Below are positions 22,201-30,600 of a stretch of DNA of 64,000 nt, in pieces (position 1 is the first letter of the stretch; every line of letters starts with the position of its first letter). The position numbers and the translations under genes are program-made. The stretch spans positions 32,001 through 96,000 of the forward strand of contig CAVVOP010000027.1 of the NCBI GenBank assembly GCA_963749915.1. Direction: 5' to 3'. The notes beneath the pieces are model-generated. The model saw only the letters and a program-made list of their open reading frames with translations. It did not search any database and was not told where the DNA came from. The stretch is from an uncultured cyanobacterium. GTDB taxonomy: Bacteria; Cyanobacteriota; Cyanobacteriia; Cyanobacteriales; Cyanobacteriaceae.

Positions 22201-24046
22201 AGTTGGTGCCGCCGCCGTCGATGGTATCGTTGCCGGTCCCCCCGTCATGGAGCCTTACGTCTGAAAGTGATGGAATTGGCGGGCCCCAGAAAATGCGGTC
22301 ATTGCCAGCCCCGCCGTAGATGGTGTCCGAACCGCCGCCGCCGTTGATGGTGTCGTTGCCGCCGTTGCCGTTCAGCACGTTGGCCGCCTGGTTGCCCACG
22401 ATGTTGTCGTTGCCGCTGCCGCCGTTGGCGTTCTCGATCAGCGAGCGGGTATCCCCGTTGAACAGCAGTGCGTTGGCGATGTTGCCGCGCGCTTCGAAGC
22501 CCGCAGCGAACTGGTTCAGGTCGGCCAGTTGCGCGGTCGAGAACGTCGACCAGCCGCCCGGGTTCAGGTCGATCTGCAGATTGGTGGTGTAGTTCGATAG
22601 GTCGTAGGTGTCGACGCCGTTGCCGTCCCAGATGGTCGCGAAGATGCGGTTGCCGCCCGGGTTGATGGCCGCTGTGCCGTTGACGAAGGTCTGGCCGGTC
22701 GTCGGACTCCAGGTGTAGACGGTGTTGCCGGCGTTGCTGGTGAAGTCGGCGCCGTACATGTACTGCAGCGCGGCGATGTCCAGCATCATCCAGGTCTGCG
22801 CGTACCCGAACTGCTCGTTCGTGTAGCCGCCACCAAGGGGTTGCCCGATGTACGACCGGTAGGTCATCACCGAGAACTCCATGGAGTCGACGTTCGCCGG
22901 AAGTGCGCCGTAGATGTTGGTCTCCTGGCCGTGCTTCAGGCCTAGCGAGTGGCCGAGCTCGTGAATGTGGGTGTGCCAGCCATAGTCGCCGGTGGTGGGG
23001 CGGCTGCCGGAGCTGGCCGACGGGCCGAACCAGGCGTCGCCGCCGTAGATGCTGTTGTTCGGATAGAACGCGTAGGATGTGCCCGCGTCGGAGGTGTTCG
23101 CGGCGCGGATGGTGCCCGTCCCGGACGCCGCTGTGCCGTATGAGATGCCGAGGTTGGTGAACGCCTCGACGGAGAAGCCCGACGCGCCAGCGGGCTGCGT
23201 GTAAATGAACTGGTTCAACGCGAAGTGGATGACCAGCAACTGGTCTGCCGCCAGGCGCGAGAAGCCTTCGAATTGGGCGCTGATGCCGTTGCCGTTCTGG
23301 TCGCTAAAGTAGCCGGATTGGTAGTCACCTGCGGCATCCGGGTCGGTGTAGGTGATGTCCGGACCACTCCAGCGAATACCGCGCAGAAGGCCGTCGATGT
23401 TCTGGTTCCCCGACGCCGGCACGGCCAGCGTGGTGGCGCCGCTGCCGTTCCAGGCTGGGCCGTCGAGGCCGTCCGTCTCGTCCACAGCCGGCGCATCGGT
23501 CGGGACGACGGGGTCGCCGTGCAGGAAGTTGGCGCCGTTGATGGTGTTGGAGCCACCACCGGTGCGCATCACGTTGGCTCCGGCGGTTCCTGTGACAAAC
23601 TCAGAGCCGCTGGCAGAAGCAGCGTTGTCGTAGTTCTCGAAGTTCAGCCAGGACTCGTTCTTGTATGTCCGCGGCGGTAATGATTCACCCGCTGGCAGCA
23701 TCTCATCTAATGGTCCATCAATATTGTTTTGTTTCGAGAAACGATAATCTATTTCTGAGGGGTCGTAACGGTCGATACTGTCAGTGGCAAAATTGTCACG
23801 GCCATTGAAACTAGGTGATTCGGGGGTGGTTGTTTTTCCTTCACCCTTACTAGACACTACAGAACTTGGTTCTAATTCTTTGTCATCGGTATCAGTTCCT
23901 ACAATGGGGATATGCTCAGGGGAAACATTTACAACAGTGAGCGTATTGTCAAACAAATCACCCTTAACCTGACTTTCCCCGGGCACATTGTTGTAGATGT
24001 TAGTACCATCGGGATTTTCTGATTTCAAAACTTTTGGAGAACTCAT
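19262..24046 (-). CDS. Serralysin-like M10 zinc metalloprotease with RTX Ca-binding repeats
   Basis: HELGHSLGLKH zinc motif, SVMTY Met-turn, DIAALQYMYG, TIWDGNGVDTYDLS, IENANGGSGND, many GGxGND nonapeptides, C-terminal DVITDF...DFIF. Confidence 0.92.
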   Translation of the reverse strand: MSSPKVLKSENPDGTNIYNNVPGESQVKGDLFDNTLTVVNVSPEHIPIVGTDTDDKELEPSSVVSSKGEGKTTTPESPSFNGRDNFATDSIDRYDPSEIDYRFSKQNNIDGPLDEMLPAGESLPPRTYKNESWLNFENYDNAASASGSEFVTGTAGANVMRTGGGSNTINGANFLHGDPVVPTDAPAVDETDGLDGPAWNGSGATTLAVPASGNQNIDGLLRGIRWSGPDITYTDPDAAGDYQSGYFSDQNGNGISAQFEGFSRLAADQLLVIHFALNQFIYTQPAGASGFSVEAFTNLGISYGTAASGTGTIRAANTSDAGTSYAFYPNNSIYGGDAWFGPSASSGSRPTTGDYGWHTHIHELGHSLGLKHGQETNIYGALPANVDSMEFSVMTYRSYIGQPLGGGYTNEQFGYAQTWMMLDIAALQYMYGADFTSNAGNTVYTWSPTTGQTFVNGTAAINPGGNRIFATIWDGNGVDTYDLSNYTTNLQIDLNPGGWSTFSTAQLADLNQFAAGFEARGNIANALLFNGDTRSLIENANGGSGNDNIVGNQAANVLNGNGGNDTINGGGGSDTIYGGAGNDRIFWGPPIPSLSDVRLHDGGTGNDTIDGGGTNFGSGAGFNLATGTYTNGSTFNESWLNFENYDNAASTSGSEFVTGTAGANVIRTGGGSNTINGGGGSDTVYGGAGNDRIFWGPPIPSLSDVRLHDGGTGNDTIDGGGTNFGSGAGFNLATGTYTNGSTFNESWLNFENYDNAASTSGSEFVTGTAGANVIRTGGGSNTINGGGGSDTIYGGAGNDRIFWGPPIPSLSDVRLHDGETGNDTIDGGGTNFGSGAGFNLATGTYTNGSTFNESWLNFENYDNAASTSGSEFVTGTAGANVIRTGGGSNTINGGGGNDTIQGGDGTDDVNGEEGDDLIQILDGEFIDNVVGGNGIDTLDMTDVTTAITYSALAGTYEGSVSGDLQRTHSGIEIFRSGSGNDTISSNGSGEYYGNGGDDLMYAGLGTPEVIDGGAGVDTLDTTSFNGTYVVNMVTGLTNYGGELFTNFENLITGNGNDSITGTTGGNVISTTGGNDTINGGDGNDTINGGNDNDLVNGGNGNDLLQGGYGSDTLNGGNGNDRLYAYTAANIGGSGVGDVLNGGNGNDSIYGSSGNDTANGGNDNDLVNGGNGNDLLQGGYGSDTLNGGNGNDRLYAYTAANIGGSSVGDVLNGDNGNDSIYGSSGNDTANGGNDNDLVNGGNGNDLLQGGYGSDTLNGGNGNDRLYAYTAANIGGSGVGDVLNGGNGNDSIYGSSGNDTANGGNDNDLVNGGDGNDLLQGGYGSDTLNGGNGNDRLYAYTAANIGGSSVGDVLNGDNGNDSIYGSSGNDTANGGNDNDLVNGGDGNDLLQGGYGSDTLNGGNGNDRLYAYTAANIGGSSVGDVLNGDNGNDSIYGSSGNDTANGGNDNDLVNGGNGNDLLQGGYGSDTLNGGNGNDRLYAYTAANIGGSSVGDVLNGDNGNDSIYGSSGNDTLIGGADSDNFLFASGFGSDVITDFGTGPDQIDLTAFGIGLDYSDLNFSNTVNNVITSTFFGFGSITLQGFGTTAPVPGDFIFA
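19515..20790 (-). repeat. Six near-identical 213-bp (71-aa) tandem repeats in the RTX region
   Basis: GATCCGCCGATG anchors at 19584, 19797, 20010, 20223, 20436 and 20649. Confidence 0.95.
21358..22350 (-). repeat. Three near-identical 324-bp (108-aa) tandem repeats
   Basis: GATGGAATTGGCGG anchors at 21621, 21945 and 22269; a partial fourth copy lies at 23534-23659. Confidence 0.95.
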
Positions 24047-24364
24047 AACCGTAATCCTTCCTTAGCGTTTATTTCCTATTGTACGCTTGTTGAGCGGATG
24101 AATTGGGAGGTGCGTAACAAAAATTAATAAATGTTTTATGCTTTGTAAATAGGGGGATTGAGAAATTTTCAGGGGGAGATCATTTAATTTAGTATAAAAT
24201 TTACTTGACAAAAAAACTTAGTTCTGTTACTTCGTGAAATAAAAATCCCTTGGAAACACCAGAGAAATCCTAAATAAGCTCGATGAACAATGTTGATTTA
24301 ACAACGGCTGCGTTAATGTCAAAAGGTTTTTCTGCTGGCATTTTTGCGATTGCTTGCCGGCAGC

Positions 24365-25873
24365 CTAATTAACTGGCTTCCTTTCCCATGATTTGATGGG
24401 ATTAATCCGGTTTTCACCGGTATTCTCACAAAAGTCACTAGGGAAGCCACCACGAAAGTCGCTAGGAAGATTGCCGCAAATAACAGTACTAGCACTACTA
24501 TTGAAGCCAGATGAGCCTGTGGCACTGTAAGAATAAGCCCAAATTATCCCACTTATGGCACTCGAACCCGTCATCGAAACTTTCCCAAAAGGCGAAAATA
24601 TAAACGCTTTAGAGCCCGACCCACCAGTCAGTTTTACCTCATCATCACCATATTTATAAACTTGTATATTATCTGGAGTGCCAGGATTATTGAGGGCACC
24701 ACCTATATTCGAGCCGCCAGTCAGTTCAACTTTTCCGTGAACATAGATGATTAGTGTTGTCCCCGGAGTTACAGCAATTCCTGAACCAGCATGGGAAGCT
24801 TTTATATCGCCATCTATGTACAACTTAACAGTTTGTCCAGGTGCATTAACCGTCAAGATATCCCCATCGCCACTAAAGGAGATGGATGGTGCACGATAGA
24901 TGTTGTGGGTGCCGCCACCACCAGTCGGGCAAGCAGATGGAATAGTCATAGCATTTTGGATTGATACAATGTTACAGACGCCAGTTCCGGGGACATTTGT
25001 TAACTGTCCCTCAGATGGCAACGGGGGAAAAGTATCGGAACTGTTTTCCTCATAAGTAAAGGGGGGAGTCGGAGGGGTATTTGCAGGTTGCATGGCTTTG
25101 AGATCGTTTATTTTAGAACTATCACTGGCGGCTTTACAGGGAGGATCGCTGACGAAGGTTAGGGGTGTGGAATCCTTGATGTTTGACCGGATTAAACCCG
25201 AACCGCTGACACTGGAATCGGCATTACAGCTAATCCACAGTCCTTCTCCAAGGAAAGTGGTGGTGCCCCCAGTACCAGGGGCTACGTCGAAGGAGACTTC
25301 CACACGAGTCGTTGATATTGCCGCACTAGGTGCAGTTTGATTAACTCGCCCTTCAACGATTAAAGTTCCTACGCCCGCTACTGTCGGATCTGGTGCGGTG
25401 GAAGGGTTACCGTCGTCATCAAAGCTGTAACTAACCAGTCTAAATTGTCCTTTACTGGGATCACTAGGATCTGCATCTTGCCAACTTGTCTGTGCCGCAT
25501 TCGTGATCTGTGTAGAATTAGTTACGTCTGGAATACTGCCTGCATTGGACCAACTTGCTGTCGGGGCAGTGTCGGGGCAAACCCCACTGGAATTGCGAGT
25601 GCCTTCACAATCGGGATAGACAGCAAGCTTGGGGTGGCTAACAAGAAAGGATTGATAACGGCTAATACCTGATTCCCCTAAGGCTTGAGCTTGTTTAGCA
25701 TCTTCATCCATAGCGACTTGTAGCTTCCGTGATGCTGCACTCGTGAGTGAAGATAGCAACATTGTAAAAAACATCAAACCCAAACCAAGGGATATTAAAA
25801 ATCCGAATCCATTCTCTTTGCCCTGATTAGAGAAGAGTATGAACCGAAATAAACTAATATTTTTATATCTCAT
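24365..25873 (-). CDS. PilX-like minor pilin / pilus-associated protein
   Basis: KENG-FGFLISLGLGLMFF prepilin-like N-terminus, QAQALGESGI, GQFRLVSY, GTLIVEG, Gly/Cys-rich beta-solenoid-like body, C-terminal IKSWER. Confidence 0.65.
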   Translation of the reverse strand: MRYKNISLFRFILFSNQGKENGFGFLISLGLGLMFFTMLLSSLTSAASRKLQVAMDEDAKQAQALGESGISRYQSFLVSHPKLAVYPDCEGTRNSSGVCPDTAPTASWSNAGSIPDVTNSTQITNAAQTSWQDADPSDPSKGQFRLVSYSFDDDGNPSTAPDPTVAGVGTLIVEGRVNQTAPSAAISTTRVEVSFDVAPGTGGTTTFLGEGLWISCNADSSVSGSGLIRSNIKDSTPLTFVSDPPCKAASDSSKINDLKAMQPANTPPTPPFTYEENSSDTFPPLPSEGQLTNVPGTGVCNIVSIQNAMTIPSACPTGGGGTHNIYRAPSISFSGDGDILTVNAPGQTVKLYIDGDIKASHAGSGIAVTPGTTLIIYVHGKVELTGGSNIGGALNNPGTPDNIQVYKYGDDEVKLTGGSGSKAFIFSPFGKVSMTGSSAISGIIWAYSYSATGSSGFNSSASTVICGNLPSDFRGGFPSDFCENTGENRINPIKSWERKPVN

Positions 25874-26457
25874 TTTTTTTGCACCTTTATGTTTAAATCA
25901 AAAATATTTGATATAAATTAGCTACTAAAACTTCCCTAGGTTGAGTTTGATTTGGGTTAAATAATCAATGTCTTTTTAGGAAGAAATACACTTCAGTTAA
26001 GAGTTACATGCTTTAACTAATCAATCATTTCATACATCTATTTAACCCCCTTTTTTACTTTTTAAAAACCGTATAAATACCGTTTTTGAAGAACAAATAA
26101 TTATAAATTTATGATGAAGTTATCTTTTTTTACGGATGATAAACTTCAACCTTTTGTTTTCAGTACCTACGTAGGGCTGACAGCATTGCAATACTACGAA
26201 GGATTTGGAAAATATAATTGTCGGCGGTGGTAAGGCAGGAGGCAGAGGGCAGAGGGCAATAAAATTAAGAATTTAAAAATTCTAAATTCTTAATTCTAAA
26301 TTCTGAATTCCCCTAACCAGAACATTTTTGAGCCTAACCGAGCAGTATTGGCACCCAAACTAATTTTTGTAAAACTGCGAAAATTTTTTCTTCTCCAGTG
26401 ATAACTCAACAGGGGTTAATTCAATCTCTAACAAAAAGATCTAGGAAATAAACTATT

Positions 26458-27672
26458 ATGACTGTAGTAAAATTTTTGAACAATGCTAATAACTTCTTTC
26501 AAGCAAAAATAACTGAAGTTGTTCTGCCACCTTGGGAACCACCGATTCCTCCGTACTGGGAAGCCTGGGAAATCCACGGTTTAGGGGGGAATGATACTAT
26601 TACCGGTGGGGAGAAAAACGATACCCTTTTCGGCGACGCTGGAAATGATAGTCTCATCGGTGGTAATGGCAATGATAATATCCAGGGCGGAACCGGCAAT
26701 GACACCCTCAGTGGCGGTGCTGGCAACGACACCATGAATGGTGGTGATGGTAACGATACCTATTTCGTGGACAGTAGTTTCGACAGGGTGAGCGAAAGTT
26801 TCGCTGATGCCTTGGGTGGTACAGCTGATCAAGTGTTTGCCTCGGTCAGTTATTCTCTTTCCCCAGGAACCTCAGGAAATCAAGGGTTTGGTATCGAAAA
26901 CTTGACTTTAACAGGGGGCGGCAACTTTAGCGGAACTGGCAATGGCCTGAACAACGTGATCACTGGCAACATTGGAAACAACTCTTTATCCGGCTTGGAT
27001 GGTAACGACACTCTCAATGGCGGTTCTGGCAATGATAACCTCTATGGCGGCGGCAATAATGATAGTCTCTTCGGCGGTACCGGCAATGATTATCTGAGTG
27101 GTGGTTCGGGCAATGATACCCTTGACGGTTGGTCTGGTAATGATACCCTCTATGGCGGCGGCGATAATGACCTTATTTTTGGGTGGTCTGGTGACGATCG
27201 ACTCCACGGTGACTGGGGTAATGATACCCTCTACGGTGAGTCGGGGAATGACTATCTGGTTGGTCAAACCGGCAGTGACGTGCTAAACGGCGGAGCAAAT
27301 AACGATACCCTAGCTGGCGGTTCCGGTTGGGATGGCAGTGACACATTGACCGGTGGCACTGGTGCGGATCAGTTCCAATTCTTCTCTGCTGTTGGTAACG
27401 TTGATACCATCACTGATTTTACTTGGCAACAGGGGGACAAAATCTTTGTTTGGAAGGGTGGCTTTGTGGGTGGACTTCAAGCCGGTGCGTTGCCTTGGCA
27501 GCAGTTCCACATTGGAGCAACAGCCCTAGATGCCAGCGATCGCTTTATCTACAATTCCAACACCGGAGCCTTATTTTTTGATGCTGACGGCATTGGCGGT
27601 CAAGCCCAAGTTCAGTTTGCCAATCTATCTCCGGGACTACCACTTATCAGCAGTGATATTCAGGTTGTCTAA
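26458..27672 (+). CDS. RTX (hemolysin-type Ca-binding) secreted protein
   Basis: Many GGxGNDxL repeats, GNGLNNVITGN, C-terminal DTITDF...DRFIYNSNTGALFFDADG. Confidence 0.9.
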   Translation: MTVVKFLNNANNFFQAKITEVVLPPWEPPIPPYWEAWEIHGLGGNDTITGGEKNDTLFGDAGNDSLIGGNGNDNIQGGTGNDTLSGGAGNDTMNGGDGNDTYFVDSSFDRVSESFADALGGTADQVFASVSYSLSPGTSGNQGFGIENLTLTGGGNFSGTGNGLNNVITGNIGNNSLSGLDGNDTLNGGSGNDNLYGGGNNDSLFGGTGNDYLSGGSGNDTLDGWSGNDTLYGGGDNDLIFGWSGDDRLHGDWGNDTLYGESGNDYLVGQTGSDVLNGGANNDTLAGGSGWDGSDTLTGGTGADQFQFFSAVGNVDTITDFTWQQGDKIFVWKGGFVGGLQAGALPWQQFHIGATALDASDRFIYNSNTGALFFDADGIGGQAQVQFANLSPGLPLISSDIQVV

Positions 27673-27691
27673 TATGGCACTACTTGAGGAA

Positions 27692-30600
27692 TTATTGCCA
27701 ACAAGGTGGCATTAATCGTCTCACTTTTATTCCCTCGCGAAAGACAAAGATAACTTCCGAACTGAGTTTTTCTGGTTGAGGAAAACGTTCTAGACTAGGG
27801 GACAAAGGTAGCCACTCGCCAATTACTGTATCGGAAGTGAGAAACTGATCTGGACTCGCTAATAAACCACCTCTTCCCATATTGTAAAAGGCGATGGCTC
27901 CTTCTCCATCGACATCACAACCTAGTACTATTTTGGTATCTACTTGCTGAGGTAAAGTAATTAAACCGCGATTGGAGTTAACTTCTGTCGCATTTATATC
28001 TACAGTACCAGCGAGTCCAAATTCGGAACTAGCAGTGATGTCGCTGAGGGGAGTTGGTTGTTCCCTAAACTCAATACCCAAAATCCCTTCAGCAGTGATG
28101 GAGATATTACCTCCATTCCCGATAAAAGCATTGGCGGTGATGTCGCTATCTTCGGTAGGGAAAGCGAGAACAAATTTAGCATCGATCTTGATGTTGCCAC
28201 CATCGCCACCTGCGGCAGCAGTTCCAGCACTGGCACTAATTTGGCTGTTCTTCCTTAATACTAGATTTCCGCCTACGGTAATCTCAATGTTGCCACCATC
28301 GGTACTCAAAGTTTCGGCAGTGATGGCAGATTGATTGGCTAGGGTGAGTGCATCTGCTTGCAGGCTAATGTTCCCACCAGTGCCTTGCCCCTGACTGTTT
28401 ACGGCGATCGCCCCATCATCTTCCAGATTAATTAAAGGAGAATTAACATTAATATCACCACCATCGCCAGTAGAATTAACGTCAGTGTTGGCAAATAAAC
28501 CACTTCCTTCATCACTAATGAATAAACTTTCAGTAAGATTAAGAGTGATATTACCCGCATTTCCTGCCCCTGTGGTCAGGGCTGAGATTTCTACTCCATC
28601 GCTGATGTTGAGGTTGTTTGTGTTGATGTTTATCTCACCGGCATTACCACTTCCCGATGTTGAGGCGGTCATTGAGCCATCTCCTCGAATATCTATTATT
28701 TCAGGGGCGGTAATAGTAATACTTCCTCCATCGCCTATATCCGTAGTGCGGGTGGAGATAAAACCTTCATCGGTAAATTGAATATTGAGGTTGGAATTAG
28801 TTTGATAGGTTTGGATGGTGAGGCTACCAGCATCGGCTATGCTTTGAGTTTCGGCGAAGATGCCTAGTTCTCCAGCGATATTTAATTGGCTGACGTTAAG
28901 GGTGATATCTCCTGCTTTGGGGCTGGTGGAGGTTTCGGTGGCGGTGGTACTAAGTTGGGCATTTTCACCAATGGTAAGGAGAGGAGTGATGATGGTAATA
29001 TTGCCTGCTGTGCCTACATTACTGGTTTCAACTGTAATTTGACTGTTATTTGTCAGTAGGACCGCTTGGGGAGCATTGACGGTAATAGTACCGCCATCCC
29101 CACTGGCTGCGGTAAAGGCAGAAATGGAGGCTCCCTGGTCGATGGTGAGTTGTGGAGAATTAATAGTAATGTTACCAGCATCCCCTGCCCCCTCAGTTTG
29201 GGCAAAGAGTCCAGTATCCGTGCCGGAGAGAAAGAGGTTGTCGCTAATTTCTAGGGTGATGTCGGCAGCATCAAAGTTAGTAGTACTGTTGGTTTGAATT
29301 TGACCGCCACCAGTAATTTCTGAGAGGTTAGCTGCGATGGCTATATCACCTGCTTTGCCTTCTCCTTCGGTGCGAGTAGAAACTGTAGCGTTATCACGAA
29401 GAAACAAAGAATCAGTAGTAATCTTAATTCCTTCTGAATCACCCACTGCTCCTTGAGCTACCGTGCTAAAAATGCCACTGACAGAGCCCTGGCTGTCTTC
29501 GCCTTCAATAGAAATAGCATCGGCTGCTGTGATGGCGATCCCCCCCGCATTCCCCACTCCTGAAGTACCTGTATTCACTAGGGCCCCATCTTTGAGAGAG
29601 AGGTAGCCGGTATCAATGGTGATGTCCCCTGAGTTTCCCTCTGCTCCTGGGCTAACTTCAGATAACAAAGCACTCTGAAAACGACCTTCTCCTGAGGTAC
29701 CAAGTACTTGCACTAATTCTGAAGCTTTCACTATTACAGTTCCAGCCTTTCCTTCACCCCCAGTGGAAGTTGATACTCTTCCACCATTTTGAACTAGCAA
29801 TTGTCCGGTAGTAATAGTTATGTTTCCTGCATTACCTGCTCCGGTAGTGAACGCCAAAACCCCACTCGGAAATCTACCATCTGTTGAAGCACCATCTACT
29901 TGCACTGATTCTGAAGCTGAAATCGTCAAGCTACCGCCACCTGTACCAAAAGAACCACTGCTAGTTGATACTTCTGCACCATCTTGCACCAACAAATTAG
30001 GAGTAATAATTGTTACATTTCCTGCTTTTCCCGTACCTTCTGTTTTAGCAAACAAGGCGCTGGCACGACTACTATTAGAGATAGCCCCACCAATTACTTG
30101 CACTGATTCGGAGGCTGTTACAGTTAAATTTCCTCCGTTGCCTTCGCTATCAGGCAAAGTGTCAGTTAATAACTGTCCTCCATCTTTGAGTAGTAAAGTA
30201 CCCGTAGTAACTGTCAGATTTCCTGCATTTCCTTTACCGAAAGTTCCAGTAGATAAAGCACTGGAAAACAAAAATTCCCCCGAACCGATCGTACCAGTAA
30301 TTTTTAAGGATTCCAAAGCATTTACAGTTAAATCCCCCCCCCTTCCAGCATTGTTTGTAGTACCCGTAGTAGTAGTTACTATGGAGGAACCGTCTTCGAT
30401 GGTTAAGTTGCGAACATCAATATTTATATTGCCACCTCTTCCTATATTTGAAGTTGCAGCAGAGATGACAGAGGTTTTTTGCAAATTTAAATCCCTAGCA
30501 CTGAGATAAATATCGCCACCATTTCCCGTTCCCGAAGTTCTACTATTAATAGAACTACCTATCATCGAAATGGTATTGTTAGCGATTGCTTTAACATTGC

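Noticed and set aside
19576..23972. Many alternative-frame and antisense ORFs (e.g. MVAMATTPSTE repeats) within the RTX protease gene
   Set aside because: Shadows of a GC-rich repetitive coding sequence; no independent motifs.
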